A stretch of DNA of 64,000 bases from Longimicrobiales bacterium (GCA_965226375.1 CBDDCX010000008.1:704001-768000); one strand, 5' to 3'; positions 1 through 10,850 are shown, numbered from the stretch's first letter. Made by a program: numbers and translations. The notes: generated by a model not told the origin, from the letters alone.

Positions 1-351
1 ATCTATCGCTCGGGTGCGGGACTGACCCGGGCGGCCGACCGGCTGCGCGAGCTGCAGGAGCGCTTTCGTAACGTGGCCGTGCAGGATAGCAGCCGAACGT
101 TCAACACGGAGCTGACCTCCGTCTTGGAGCTGTCCTCCATGCTCGACGTTGCCGAGTCGATGATCCACTCCGCGTTGTGGCGCGAAGAATCCCGGGGCGC
201 ACACCAAAGGACCGATTTCACCGATCGTGACGACGAGCGTTTCCTGGCGCACTCGCTCACCTATCGTAATTCCGACGGCTCTTCCCGGGTCGAATCTCTG
301 CCGGTGACGATCACCCGGTGGCCCCCTGCTGAGCGAGTTTACGGGAGGTAG
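1..351 (+). CDS. frdA: Fumarate reductase flavoprotein subunit, C-terminal part (truncated by window edge)
   Basis: Frame 1 is open from base 1 (IYRSGAGL...); contains [17 protein letters not shown] and ends [13 protein letters not shown]; directly upstream of frdB. Confidence 0.9.
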   Translation: MYRSGAGLTRAADRLRELQERFRNVAVQDSSRTFNTELTSVLELSSMLDVAESMIHSALWREESRGAHQRTDFTDRDDERFLAHSLTYRNSDGSSRVESLPVTITRWPPAERVYGR

Positions 352-356
352 TAGCT

Positions 357-1100
357 GTGGATGACCGTATCACCATGCGGCTGGCGCGGTACCGTCCCGA
401 GGAGGAAGCCGAGCCGACGTTCGAGGAATACGAGGTGCCGTGCCACAAAGATTGGGTGGTGCTCGACGCTCTGAACTACATCAAGGACCAGCTGGACGGC
501 ACGCTGTCGTACCGTTGGTCGTGTCGCATGGGCATCTGCGGTAGTTGTGGCATGACCGTCAACGGAGAGCCGAAGCTGACCTGCGAGACGTTTCTCACCG
601 ACTACGCGCCGGGCCCAGTGCGTCTCGAGCCGCTGCAAAATTTCCCCGTCATCCGGGACCTCATCGTCGAGATGACGGACTTCATGGAAAAGCTCACGAC
701 GATCAAGCCCTGGATCGTCCGCGATGAGGAGCGGCCTCTAGCCGAAGGAGAGTACAGGCAGACGCCGGAGGAACTGAGCGAGTACAAGCAGTACAGCATG
801 TGTATCAATTGCATGCTTTGCTACGCCGCCTGCCCGGTGTACGGCCTCGACCCACATTTCCTCGGGCCGGCCGTGATCGCACTGGCGCAGCGGTACAATC
901 TCGACTCGCGCGACGAGGGATCCGCTGAGCGGCTGGACCTTCTCTCCCAGCACGAGGGAATCTGGGGGTGCACCTTCGTGGGCGAGTGTACGAAGGTCTG
1001 TCCGAAGAACGTCGATCCCGCCGGTGCCATTCAGCGCTACAAGCTGGATGCGGCGCTGACCACGCTCAAGGATTTGCTTTTGCCGTGGGGCGCCAAATGA
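357..1100 (+). CDS. frdB: Fumarate reductase iron-sulfur subunit
   Basis: [15 protein letters not shown] 2Fe-2S motif; [12 protein letters not shown] and [12 protein letters not shown] ferredoxin motifs. Confidence 0.95.
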   Translation: MDDRITMRLARYRPEEEAEPTFEEYEVPCHKDWVVLDALNYIKDQLDGTLSYRWSCRMGICGSCGMTVNGEPKLTCETFLTDYAPGPVRLEPLQNFPVIRDLIVEMTDFMEKLTTIKPWIVRDEERPLAEGEYRQTPEELSEYKQYSMCINCMLCYAACPVYGLDPHFLGPAVIALAQRYNLDSRDEGSAERLDLLSQHEGIWGCTFVGECTKVCPKNVDPAGAIQRYKLDAALTTLKDLLLPWGAK

Positions 1101-1519
1101 GCGAGCAACCGACATACACGCGTTTCCACCCACGCTGGTATCGTCCGCGGATTTCCACGTGGTGGTGGTTGAAGCGTCCGTCCTCGTTCGTGTTCATCTT
1201 GCGCGAGCTGAGCAGCATGTTCGTGGCATGGTTCGTCGTCTTCTTTCTGGTGCTGGTCGCTGCAGCGGGGCGCGGAGAGGCGGCTTACCAGGAGTTCATG
1301 CGTTGGACCGCGCACCCGGGCGTCGTACTCGTCAACCTCGTCAGCTTGTTCTTCGTCCTATTTCACGCCGTCACCTGGTTCAACCTGGCACCCCGGGCAA
1401 TGGTGCTGCGCCTGCGAGGCAAGCGAGTGCCGGGGACACTGATCGCCGCTTCCAACTACGGCGCGTGGGTGGTGACGTCTCTCCTGGTGGCGTGGATCAT
1501 CCTCGCCGGGTCGAGGTAG
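1097..1519 (+). CDS. frdC: Fumarate reductase membrane anchor subunit C
   Basis: ATG at 1097 overlaps the frdB stop; [18 protein letters not shown] and [12 protein letters not shown] motifs; three hydrophobic helices. Confidence 0.88.
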   Translation: MSEQPTYTRFHPRWYRPRISTWWWLKRPSSFVFILRELSSMFVAWFVVFFLVLVAAAGRGEAAYQEFMRWTAHPGVVLVNLVSLFFVLFHAVTWFNLAPRAMVLRLRGKRVPGTLIAASNYGAWVVTSLLVAWIILAGSR

Positions 1520-1521
1520 CG

Positions 1522-1875
1522 ATGGTAAGGCGAACGCTCGAGCCGATCTTGTGGATTCTCTTCAGCACCGGCGGTGTGGTGGCCGCTCTGGTGATCCCGG
1601 TCCTGCTGTTCCTGTTCGGCCTCGCCTTCCCCCTCGGCTGGCTCTCGCCCCCCAGCCATGCCCACTTGCTTGCGGTGTTGGGTCACCCGATTGGGCGTGC
1701 TACCATATTCGTCTCGTGCACGCTGTTATTGTTTCACTGGGCGCACCGCTTTCGCTACACACTGTACGACGGGTTGCAGACGAAGCACCTGAACGAGTTG
1801 ATCGCCCTGCTGTGTTACGGGGGCGTGCTCGTCGGTACCGTTTCTGCAGGGTATCTCGTCCTTCAGCTTCCGTAG
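1522..1875 (+). CDS. frdD: Fumarate reductase membrane anchor subunit D
   Basis: RRTLEPILWILFSTGGVVAAL...FHWAHRFRYTLYDG...CYGG motifs; follows frdC. Confidence 0.88.
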   Translation: MVRRTLEPILWILFSTGGVVAALVIPVLLFLFGLAFPLGWLSPPSHAHLLAVLGHPIGRATIFVSCTLLLFHWAHRFRYTLYDGLQTKHLNELIALLCYGGVLVGTVSAGYLVLQLP

Positions 1876-1877
1876 CC

Positions 1878-2292
1878 ATGTCCGATCCCGTCTCCTGCCT
1901 GAACGCTGCCCTGGAAGGTCGCTACCGATGCAGCTAATGCAACGGGCGCGGACGCCAACCTGGAAGCACGGGTTCGGTCTGCGCTCTCGCTTGGCGCTCA
2001 GTATGATCTCACCTGCCGCCTGGTATCTGGGCTGAGGAGATTGGATGCCTCACAGGCCGGGATCGTGAGCCTGGTTGGGATCCAGAATCTCACAAGCCTG
2101 ACAGACCTCCGCCTTCGCGACAACTCGATCACTGACCTCAGCGCGTTGAGCGGGCTCACAGGCCTGACGAGCCTCCGCCTCGGCAACAATGCGTTCACAG
2201 ACATGAGGGCGTTGAGTGGGCTCACGAGCCTGACGTTTCTAGGCCTCGACGACAACTCATCCCCCTCGTCCATGATGTCAGGTTTGGCATAG
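1878..2292 (+). pseudogene. Decayed chimeric remnant: 19-codon Ser/Thr-kinase-like N-terminus (1878-1937) followed by an internalin-type LRR fragment
   Basis: MSDPVSCLNAALEGRY then stop; in another frame ADANLEARVRSAL cap and 22-aa LRRs (LTSLTDLRLRDNSITDLSALSG); no good start and an abrupt end. Confidence 0.6.
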
Positions 2293-2323
2293 CTTTTGGG
2301 TGCGTGGGCCGAGCGCCCGTTGA

Positions 2324-4267
2324 TCAGGCCGGCTCGGGCTCACTCTTCGTCGGAGAGTTCAGGGTAAAGTAGAACGTGGCTCCCTCGCCCGGTTCGGCCT
2401 GGACCCATACACGTCCCCCATGGCGCTGTACGATGCGATCCACGGTGGCCAGGCCGATCCCAGCACCCGGAAATCCCTCCTGGGAATGCAGGCGCCGGAA
2501 GGGGGTGAATAGGCTGTCTGCGTAGGCCATGTCGAGGCCGACGCCGTTGTCTTCCACGAAGTAGGCCGTGGCTCCGTTCTCCTCCCGGGCTCCGACCCGA
2601 ATCCGCGCGTCCCGCGGTCGTTTGCTCGTGAACTTCCAGGCGTTTCCAAGGAGGTTCTCGAGCACGGAACGGATCAAGCGGGGGTCGGTGTGGGCAAGTA
2701 GGTTCGGTTCGATCTCCACGGAAGTGAGGCGGGACGGATCGCGTTCCATCAACGCGTCGACCACTGACTGGGCCAGTGCCGACAGATCGATTTCCTCGGT
2801 GGCCAGCGTTCCTCTCGTGGCCCGCGAGAGGCCCAGGAGACCGTCGATGAGGTGCCCCATGTCGAGGCCGGCGGCGTGGATGCGTTGCAGGTAGTCGATG
2901 CCGTCCTCGCTCAGGGTTTCCGTGTGGCGTTCCAAGAGTTCTTCGCTGAAGCCGACCATACTCTGCAAGGGCGCCCGGAGGTCGTGGGAGACCGAGTACG
3001 AGAACGTCTCCAGCTCGGCGATGGTGGCCTCCAGGTCGGCACTCCTCTGTTGGATCTCGGTCTCCGCTCGGACTCGCTCGGTCGCGTCGTGGATAATGCC
3101 CACGAACAGACGTCGCTCTCCCAGCAACATCTCACTCACGGCCAGGTCGATGGGAAATACCGTGCCGCCTCGTCGTTGTCCCTCGACCCGTCGACGTGAC
3201 CCGATGATGTGCTTTCGCCCGGTATTGACGTATGCATCGATGTATGCGTCATGCCGACCTCGGTCCGGCTCCGGCATGAGGAGCTTGATGTTGCGTCCGA
3301 TGGCCTCGGCGGCGGAGAGGTCGAACATGCCTTCGGCCGCGGGGTTGAACTCCCGAACGGTGCCCAACTCGTCGACCGTGACGATACCGTCGAGCGCGTT
3401 GTCGACCACGCTCCGGACGCGCGCCGGACTCTCCTCGGCCTGCCGAAACAGCGCGAGCATGCTGATGAGCAACCCCACCAGGACCAGGAGGTAGCTCACC
3501 TTCTTGAGGGTGTGGGCAATGTCGAACTCGATATCGAACAGTTGGTCCGAAAAGGACATGAAGACCGCCTGGCCCACCACGCCGACGATCAAGGAGAGAA
3601 CCAGCCAGTGCTCGAAGGTGTCGTGTCGCCAGGCGCCCTTCTTCAAGTAACCCGTGAGCGCGACGGCGAAGAACAGGGCGGGACCGAACTCCTCCGGGCG
3701 GTGGAAGAAGAGGTCCGGATAGTAGGCGTCCGGCAAAGGGACGAACGCAAAGAAAAGAAAAGCCGTCGCTGTCAGGAGTCCCGAGACCACATATACGGAA
3801 CGCTCCCCGATGAGTCCCCAGCGCCCCCGCCTTTGCTCATGGAGCCATGCCGCCCAACTCAGTGTGAGCATGATCGACAGAAACAGCCTCGAAGCGATCC
3901 AGCTCCAGGTGATGAGCGAGGGAAGGTCCGACGGGAGGTAGGCCGCGAAGAAGCTCGAGGTTACTACCGCGTGGTACCCATCGAGGAGGGCGGTGCCCAG
4001 GAAGCCCGCCCCGATGAAGAGGAAGGTGTTGTTCTTCTTGCTGTAGAAACGCACCAGCGCGATGACGCCCACCGCCAGGGCCAGAAGAGTGGCCGCGGTT
4101 TCCATGAGCGTATGGAGCTCCGTACTACCGAGCCAGGTGGCGTTCCGGGCGAACGGGTAACTGAGAGCGAGGGCCGTGCCGAGGATCCAATACGACTGGA
4201 TACGACGGTTGACGGCCGGGTTCACGAGCCCCTCGGGTGAGCTCGTGTCGAGGGTCAACGGATTCAT
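2324..4267 (-). CDS. Membrane sensor histidine kinase (MASE3-like TM region, PAS, HisKA, HATPase)
   Basis: Multi-TM N-terminus (LHTLMET, FLGTALLDGYH); FixL-like PAS; H-box SYSVSHDLRAPL; NLLGNAWKF, DNGVG and GAGIGLA boxes. Confidence 0.92.
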   Translation of the reverse strand: MNPLTLDTSSPEGLVNPAVNRRIQSYWILGTALALSYPFARNATWLGSTELHTLMETAATLLALAVGVIALVRFYSKKNNTFLFIGAGFLGTALLDGYHAVVTSSFFAAYLPSDLPSLITWSWIASRLFLSIMLTLSWAAWLHEQRRGRWGLIGERSVYVVSGLLTATAFLFFAFVPLPDAYYPDLFFHRPEEFGPALFFAVALTGYLKKGAWRHDTFEHWLVLSLIVGVVGQAVFMSFSDQLFDIEFDIAHTLKKVSYLLVLVGLLISMLALFRQAEESPARVRSVVDNALDGIVTVDELGTVREFNPAAEGMFDLSAAEAIGRNIKLLMPEPDRGRHDAYIDAYVNTGRKHIIGSRRRVEGQRRGGTVFPIDLAVSEMLLGERRLFVGIIHDATERVRAETEIQQRSADLEATIAELETFSYSVSHDLRAPLQSMVGFSEELLERHTETLSEDGIDYLQRIHAAGLDMGHLIDGLLGLSRATRGTLATEEIDLSALAQSVVDALMERDPSRLTSVEIEPNLLAHTDPRLIRSVLENLLGNAWKFTSKRPRDARIRVGAREENGATAYFVEDNGVGLDMAYADSLFTPFRRLHSQEGFPGAGIGLATVDRIVQRHGGRVWVQAEPGEGATFYFTLNSPTKSEPEPA

Positions 4268-4458
4268 TACGGCTGGGGTCTCCCCGAACGCATGTTTAGG
4301 ATCGTGGTTAGTATGCCCCGCGACCGCGGGATTCGGAATTGGACTTTGGTCCTACGGCCCGAGTCTGGGCGGGTACGGTGGTCGGACCCCGAACCCCACC
4401 GTAGAATGGGGTGCCCTCCGCCGCACCGATCACATCTCAACTCCCTAGGAAACCAGCG

Positions 4459-6714
4459 ATGAAGAAGCTGCTCCTCACGTTCGCATTGATCACTCTGGCG
4501 TGCTCTTCGCAGCGCGAGTCCACCGACGAAGTCGCCCGTTGGGAGGCGCGCGCCGAGGGGATCACGATCATTCGGGACGATTGGGGCGTACCTCATATCT
4601 ATGGGCAGACGGACGCGGATGCGGTCTTCGGGCTCATGTATGCCCAGGCCGAAGACGACTGCAACCGCATCGAGGTCAACTTCCTGAACTCCCAGGGTCG
4701 CCTGGCTGAAGCCGAGGGCGAGGGTGAGGTCTGGCGGGACCTGCGGATGAAGCTCTTCATCGACCCCGCCGATATGCAGGAGATGTACGCCGACAGTCCG
4801 GAGTGGCTGCAGGCTCTCATGGACTCCTGGGCCGACGGCCTCAACTACTACCTGCATACCCACCCGGACGTCCGGCCGAGGGTTCTTGCCCGCTTCGAGC
4901 CCTGGATGGCGTTGAGCTTCAGTGAAGGCAGCATCGGTGGGGACATCGAGCGGGTGAATCTCGAGCGGCTCGAGGCCTTCTACGGAGACCCCGAGGGCCA
5001 GATGGCCGCCGTTATTCCGTCACAGGATTTGGCCGGGCCGTCGGGAGCGAGGATGGCCGTGGCCCGCACACCCAATCCCAGGGTCGCGAGCGCCCTGGTC
5101 GAGTCCGACCCCTATGCCGAGCCGGAGGGCTCCAACGGGTTCGCGATCGCTCCATCCAACACCGTGAACGGCAACGCGCTGCTCCTCATCAACCCACACA
5201 CGTCCTTCTTCTTCCGCCACGAGGCGCACGTGGTCAGTGAAGAGGGCCTGAACGCCTACGGCGCGCTCACGTGGGGACAGTTCTTCGTGTACCAGGGGTT
5301 CAACGAGACGACGGGCTGGATGCATACGTCGAGTGGAGTAGACAACATCGACGAGTACCTGGAGACGGTCGTCGAGCGAGACGGTCAGCTCGTTTACCTC
5401 TATGGGGACGAGGAGCGACAGGTCGATATGCGTACCGTCACGGTGTCGTACAAGACCGACACCGGCATGTCGGCACGGGAGTTCACGATCTACCGGACAC
5501 ATCACGGCCTGATCGTGCGGGCAGTCGACGGTCGGTGGGTGAGTGTGGCGCTCATGGAGGAGCCGATACGAGCTCTCATCCAGTCCTACTCCCGCACCAA
5601 GGCGGCCAACTACGACGAATTCGTCGAGACGATGTCGACGCACACGAACTCCTCGAACAACACGGTGTTCGCGGATGCCGAAGGCAACATCGCCTACTTC
5701 CACTCGAACTTCATTCCCGTTCGGGACACGCGCTTCAACTGGCTCGAGCCCGTGGACGGCAGCGATCCGGCCACTGATTGGCAGGGCGTGCACACGCTCG
5801 AAGAGACTCCGGGGTCTCACAATCCGTCCAACGGGTGGATTCAGAACACGAACAACTGGCCGTTCTCGGTGAGCGGTCCCACGAGTCCGAATCGGGAGGA
5901 CTTTCCGGTCTACGTACAGCGCAGTGGGGAGAACGCCCGCGGACTACATGCCATACGGGTGCTCGAGGGAAAGACGGACTTCACGGTTCAGGGATTGATC
6001 GACGCCGCGTTCGACAGCTACATGACGTGGTTCGAGCCGATGATCCCGGCTCTGCTGGGTGACTACGACGCGCTCCCGGGGTCCGACTCCCGGAAGAGTC
6101 GACTCGCCGACCAGATCTCGCTGCTGAGGGACTGGGATCTACGCTGGGGCGTCGAGTCCATCGAGACCTCGTTGGCGATCTTCTGGGCCGATGCCCTCAT
6201 GCGTCAGGCGGGTGACGCGGCCCAGAGCGCCGGAGTGTCGATCTCGGACTACATCGCCACGTCGGCGGCGGCCCGCCTTCGGCTGGAGGCTTTGGCCTCC
6301 GCAACGAATCGCTTGGCTGAGGACTTCGGTAGCTGGCGGACCCCTTGGGGGGAGATCAATCGATTCCAACGGCTCACCGGAGACATCGTCCAGCCGTTCA
6401 ACGACGATGGCCCGAGTGCCCCCGTGGGCTTCGCGTCATCCCGCTGGGGCTCCTTGGCCTCATTCGGTGCGCGGCCGTACGAAGACACTAAGAGGTGGTA
6501 CGGCACGAGCGGAAACAGCTTTGTGGCCGTAGTGGAATTCGGCGATCGCTTGCGGGCGCGGGCGGTCACGGCCGGTGGCCTGAACGACCAACCGTCATCG
6601 CCACACTTCAACGATCAGACGGAGCGCTACTCGACGGGAGATCTCCGAGAGGTCCGGTTCTACCGCGAGGACGTGGAAGCGAATGCCGAGCGGGAGTATC
6701 GGCCGGGAGGCTAG
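4459..6714 (+). CDS. Penicillin acylase family (Ntn-hydrolase, S45) lipoprotein
   Basis: MKKLLLTFALITLAC lipobox; IIRDDWGVPHIYG, YAQAED, and catalytic Ser motif GSNGFAIAP...LLINPH. Confidence 0.9.
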   Translation: MKKLLLTFALITLACSSQRESTDEVARWEARAEGITIIRDDWGVPHIYGQTDADAVFGLMYAQAEDDCNRIEVNFLNSQGRLAEAEGEGEVWRDLRMKLFIDPADMQEMYADSPEWLQALMDSWADGLNYYLHTHPDVRPRVLARFEPWMALSFSEGSIGGDIERVNLERLEAFYGDPEGQMAAVIPSQDLAGPSGARMAVARTPNPRVASALVESDPYAEPEGSNGFAIAPSNTVNGNALLLINPHTSFFFRHEAHVVSEEGLNAYGALTWGQFFVYQGFNETTGWMHTSSGVDNIDEYLETVVERDGQLVYLYGDEERQVDMRTVTVSYKTDTGMSAREFTIYRTHHGLIVRAVDGRWVSVALMEEPIRALIQSYSRTKAANYDEFVETMSTHTNSSNNTVFADAEGNIAYFHSNFIPVRDTRFNWLEPVDGSDPATDWQGVHTLEETPGSHNPSNGWIQNTNNWPFSVSGPTSPNREDFPVYVQRSGENARGLHAIRVLEGKTDFTVQGLIDAAFDSYMTWFEPMIPALLGDYDALPGSDSRKSRLADQISLLRDWDLRWGVESIETSLAIFWADALMRQAGDAAQSAGVSISDYIATSAAARLRLEALASATNRLAEDFGSWRTPWGEINRFQRLTGDIVQPFNDDGPSAPVGFASSRWGSLASFGARPYEDTKRWYGTSGNSFVAVVEFGDRLRARAVTAGGLNDQPSSPHFNDQTERYSTGDLREVRFYREDVEANAEREYRPGG

Positions 6715-6738
6715 GACCTCGAGCGAAGAGACCGCATG

Positions 6739-7143
6739 CTACCGCCGAAAGACGAAGATGGTATTGTCGGACCGGAGAGTTACCGCCGAGGCCGTTACGA
6801 GCCCCGTGTCGACGCTCCCGTTGGGGCAGCTCACCGTGATGGCTCCATAGCTGTACGTGTACTCGCACTCCAAGGAGTTGTCGACTGTGGTCTCCACTCC
6901 GTCCTCCGTCGTGAGCAGAGTCAGTGCGACCCGGCAACTCGTGCCCTCACGTAGGATCAGGCTCCCGGCCGTAACCTCGGTCCTTGCGGGGCCCAGGCTG
7001 AGCAGCCTCCACGGAAGAGCTGCCCCGTTTACCGATTCGAGCGTGTAGGCGCCCGTCACGTCGATCTCGGTCGGGCCTAGACCGTCGCCCCGACAGCCGA
7101 GCAGGGAGAGGGCCGACAGAGCAACCAGTATCGTGCGGTGCAT
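6739..7143 (-). CDS. Small beta-rich lipoprotein (lipocalin-like)
   Basis: MHRTILVALSALSLLGC lipobox; VTGAYTLESVNG motif. Confidence 0.65.
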   Translation of the reverse strand: MHRTILVALSALSLLGCRGDGLGPTEIDVTGAYTLESVNGAALPWRLLSLGPARTEVTAGSLILREGTSCRVALTLLTTEDGVETTVDNSLECEYTYSYGAITVSCPNGSVDTGLVTASAVTLRSDNTIFVFRR

Positions 7144-7311
7144 GGACTCCACTCTCATGGGTTCGCCCAGAGCGGACGGACGCTCTGCACGAGCGTAGGG
7201 GCCCCCAGGGGGGTTAGCAAGCCAGCGCGGGAACTCACCCACGCTCTGGTGAGTTCCTAGCGTGATGCCCAGGCAGGCGACCTGCTGGACCGAGGGACGG
7301 TGCGGACAATC

Positions 7312-8436
7312 ATGAGACAGAGCCCTGCCAAGACGACGTTTGGACTTGTCGCCCTCGTCCTGATGACGACGGCGTGTGGTGAGTCAGCCGTGGTCGACCG
7401 CTTCCCTAAGCTCCAACGCGAAGAAGACGGCACCTGTAGCATTCCCGAGAGCCAGATCATGTCGGGAGGCGTTCCGATCGACGGGATTCCAGCCTTGTCC
7501 GATCCCGAGCTCGTCGGCGCCGCCGACCCGAACGCCAGCTACGTGCGAACGTGGGATCGCGTCATCGGCCTTCAGATCGACGGTACCTACATCGCGATCC
7601 CCCACAGTGTCCTGTGGTGGCACGAGATCGTGAACTTCAGTGCCTTTGAGACGCCCCTGGCTGTGACGTACTGTCCGCTCACGGGATCGAGTATGGTCTT
7701 CGATCGCACGGCCGCGGGCGGAGCCGAGTTCGGGGTTTCCGGTCTGCTCTTCAACAACAACCTGATTCTGTACGATCGCTCGGAGGACCAATCCTTATGG
7801 CCCCAGATGTTGCGGGGAGCGCGCTGTGGACCTCGCGACGGCCAGATGTTGGATATGGTGCCATCCATCGAGATGCGATGGGACTCGTGGGTGGAGCTTC
7901 ATCCGGATACGAAGGTGATATCGATTGCCAGCTCGCTCAACCGCAACTACCAGCAGTACCCATATGGGGACTACGAGAGCCTGTATAACGACAGGACGCT
8001 GTTCCCGCAGGGTGACTTCGATGGACGTCGTCCGCCGAAGGAGCGCGTGCTGGGGATTCCCTATGCGGATGGAGGGGGCATGGCCTTCCCGTTCAACGCA
8101 CTGGACTCGGGCGGAGACCGGGCGGTGGTCCACTCTCGGGTCGAAGGCAGGGAGATCGTCGTGTTCTGGGACCATGACTCCAAAGCCGCGGTAGCCTTCG
8201 AGACCACGCTCGAGGGTCAGGCTCTGGTCTTCGAGCTCGTTGAAGGACGGTACGTGGATGGACAGACGGGCAGTGAGTGGACTCTGGACGGACGGGCGAT
8301 CTCAGGTGGCCTGGAAGGCCAGCAGCTGGTCCAGGTCACGAACGGTTATGTGGCGTTCTGGTTTGCGTGGGCCACCTTTATACCGACCACGGACCTGTGG
8401 CTGACCCAGCGGCCGGTGCCTGAACTTTCCGACTAG
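7312..8436 (+). CDS. DUF3179 domain lipoprotein
   Basis: LVLMTTAC lipobox; SGGVPIDGIPAL, WHEIVN, VTYCPLTGS, FGVSGLLFNNNL, SLWPQ and FWFAW motifs. Start could be 7300. Confidence 0.85.
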   Translation: MRQSPAKTTFGLVALVLMTTACGESAVVDRFPKLQREEDGTCSIPESQIMSGGVPIDGIPALSDPELVGAADPNASYVRTWDRVIGLQIDGTYIAIPHSVLWWHEIVNFSAFETPLAVTYCPLTGSSMVFDRTAAGGAEFGVSGLLFNNNLILYDRSEDQSLWPQMLRGARCGPRDGQMLDMVPSIEMRWDSWVELHPDTKVISIASSLNRNYQQYPYGDYESLYNDRTLFPQGDFDGRRPPKERVLGIPYADGGGMAFPFNALDSGGDRAVVHSRVEGREIVVFWDHDSKAAVAFETTLEGQALVFELVEGRYVDGQTGSEWTLDGRAISGGLEGQQLVQVTNGYVAFWFAWATFIPTTDLWLTQRPVPELSD

Positions 8437-8562
8437 CGGCCATCTCTGGCCGGCACCGGGGGTGGCGCCCGGTTCTCGATCGCAGCAGCTTACCGTCCAA
8501 GTCCGCCGAGTGGGATCGTCAGGTCCACCACCCCTTACCAGCTCCCATTTGAACTGGTACCA

Positions 8563-10623
8563 ATGCCCGTAGACGCCAATCCACTTCTCCTAGAACTCGA
8601 GCGCACGCCCTTCGACCGGATCGAGGCGTCGCATGTTGTACCGGGCGTCCGACAGATTCTGGACAGTGCGCGGGCGGCCATCGCAGAGCTCTGCTCGGGA
8701 CCCCTCCCTCCGACCTACGTCGACACGATCGAGCGTCTCGACGACGTCATGGAGCGAGTGAAGACTCGTGTCGGTCCGGTCACGCACCTCTTGTCGGTCG
8801 CGGAGACGCCGGAGCTGCGAGAAGCGTTCAACAAGGTCTTGCCGGAGATCACGGAGTTCTGGACTCGGATCACGTTGAATGAGGCCTTGTGGATCCGTCT
8901 GAAGTCGTTCGCGGAGACGGATGAGGGACTGGGGCTGAGTGGAATCCGGCAACGTCATCTCGACACCGTGCTGCGAGACTTCAGGAGGGCCGGAGCGGAC
9001 CTTTCCCCCGAGGGGAAGGACAGACTGAGCGCCATCCGCCTCGAGCTATCGCAGCTCCAGCGGAGATTTTCCGAAAACGTTCTCGACGCCACCAACGCGT
9101 ATACGCTGCTAGTCACCGACGAGACTCGCCTCGAAGGCGTTCCTGTCGCCGATCAGCAAGAGGCCCGGCGCAAGGCCACCGAGGCCGGCAAGGAGGGCTG
9201 GCTTCTCACCCTCGACTACCCCTCGTTCGAACCGGTCGTCAAGTACGCGACGGACGGAAGCCTGCGTAAAGAGCTGTTCGACGCTTATGTGTCACGATGC
9301 CGGGAGGGCGAGTTCTCCAACGTGGCGATCATCGGGCGCCTTCTGGAGCTCCGCAGGGACCTTGCCGACGTGCTCGGCTACTCCGACTTCTCCGACTTCC
9401 GCCTGGAGGATCATATGGCGAAGACGGGGCAGGGGGCGTTCGAGTTCGTCGAAGAGCTGACTGGCCGGACGCGCCCGTATTGGGAGCGCGATCTCATGGA
9501 ACTGCGTGTCCACGCGCGGGCTCTCGGCCTCGAGGATCTCTATCCTTGGGATGCGGCATTCGTGAGCGAGGACCTACGTCGTGAGCGATACGACATCGAC
9601 GACGAGGTCATACGACCGTACTTCCCGCTGGAACGCGTGATGGACGGCCTGTTCGAGGTGGCCAGGCGGGTGTTCGGTCTCGTCGTGCGCCGACGTCACA
9701 TCAAGGAAATATGGCACTCTGACGTGCTCTTCTACGACCTGTTGGACGCGGACGACGGCACTCACCTAGGATCGTTCTACGCGGACTGGCATCCTCGTCG
9801 GGAGAAGCGTCAGGGTGCCTGGATGAACGACCTGGCCACCGGCGGGCCCACGGGAGACGGATTCGAGCCGCACGTCGGGATCATCGCCGGGAACCTGACC
9901 CCGCCCAAGGGGGACCTCCCGTCGCTTCTCACGCATCGGGAGGTGGAGACGATCTTCCACGAGTTCGGGCACCTTCTTCATCATCTGACGTCTCGTGTGC
10001 CCATCGCCCCGATGGCAGGCATCAACGTGGCCTGGGACTTTGTCGAACTCCCCTCTCAGATCATGGAGAACTGGACGTGGGAGGCAGAGGCGCTACCCCT
10101 CTTCTCGGGCCACTATGAGACCGGAGAGCCGCTCCCCGAGGAGCTCTACGACCGGCTCCGGCGTGCGCGGCGTTTCATGGGTGGGTGGAGGCAGATGCGG
10201 CAACTGTCTTTCGGATTCCTCGACCTTCGGCTACACCGCGACGAGACGTCGCCGACAGAAGGAGAGGTCATGGCGCACATCGAAGGGCTTCTGGCGGGCT
10301 ACATGCCGTGCCCCGCCTTCGCGAGCGCCCACACGACGGCCTCGTTCACGCACATCTTCTCGGGCGGGTATGCAGCCGCATACTACTCGTACCTTTGGTC
10401 CGAGGTTCTGGAGGCCGATGCCTTTGGGCGGTTCAAACAAGAAGGGATCTTCAACCGGGAGGTCGGAAGGGCTTATCTGGACTGTATTCTGACCAGGGGC
10501 GACAGCGAAGAGCCCGAAATCCTCTTCCGTGACTTCATGGGTCGGGACCCCGATCAGCAGGCCCTGCTCGAGCGCAATCTTGGGCCACCTCTCGAGGAGG
10601 CTGCTCAAGGCTCGGCGTCGTAG
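8563..10623 (+). CDS. prlC: Oligopeptidase A (peptidase M3A)
   Basis: NPLL N-terminus; KRQGAWM, FHEFGH zinc motif, WDFVELPSQ and HIFSGGYAAAYYSYLW. Confidence 0.92.
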   Translation: MPVDANPLLLELERTPFDRIEASHVVPGVRQILDSARAAIAELCSGPLPPTYVDTIERLDDVMERVKTRVGPVTHLLSVAETPELREAFNKVLPEITEFWTRITLNEALWIRLKSFAETDEGLGLSGIRQRHLDTVLRDFRRAGADLSPEGKDRLSAIRLELSQLQRRFSENVLDATNAYTLLVTDETRLEGVPVADQQEARRKATEAGKEGWLLTLDYPSFEPVVKYATDGSLRKELFDAYVSRCREGEFSNVAIIGRLLELRRDLADVLGYSDFSDFRLEDHMAKTGQGAFEFVEELTGRTRPYWERDLMELRVHARALGLEDLYPWDAAFVSEDLRRERYDIDDEVIRPYFPLERVMDGLFEVARRVFGLVVRRRHIKEIWHSDVLFYDLLDADDGTHLGSFYADWHPRREKRQGAWMNDLATGGPTGDGFEPHVGIIAGNLTPPKGDLPSLLTHREVETIFHEFGHLLHHLTSRVPIAPMAGINVAWDFVELPSQIMENWTWEAEALPLFSGHYETGEPLPEELYDRLRRARRFMGGWRQMRQLSFGFLDLRLHRDETSPTEGEVMAHIEGLLAGYMPCPAFASAHTTASFTHIFSGGYAAAYYSYLWSEVLEADAFGRFKQEGIFNREVGRAYLDCILTRGDSEEPEILFRDFMGRDPDQQALLERNLGPPLEEAAQGSAS

Positions 10624-10646
10624 CCGGAACCCGTGCTTTTCGGGGC

Positions 10647-10675
10647 TTGATGACCTTTTATCTAGTCGTTAGCTT
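10647..10675 (+). promoter_or_regulatory. Putative sigma70 promoter for the tRNA-tuf operon
   Basis: TTGATG-N17-TAGCTT upstream of tRNA-Tyr. Confidence 0.45.
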
Positions 10676-10768
10676 ACCAAGCTCGCCTGGAAAAGGCCGC
10701 CTACGTCGGGCGGCTTGCTTTGTTCCGGGGTAACGAGGTCGCGGGGTAGAGGCCCCGGATCGGTATCT

Positions 10769-10850
10769 GGTGGGGTACCGAAGCGGTCAAACGGGGCAGA
10801 CTGTAAATCTGCTGGCTAAGCCTTCGTAGGTTCGAATCCTACCCCCACCA
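10769..10850 (+). tRNA. tRNA-Tyr (GTA)
   Basis: GGTGGGG/CCCCACC acceptor; anticodon loop CTGTAAA; long variable arm; GGTTCGAATCC; CCA not encoded. Confidence 0.95.

Noticed and set aside
7312..8436. Selenoprotein form of DUF3179
   Set aside because: The motif is TYCPLT with a TGT Cys codon; there is no in-frame TGA.
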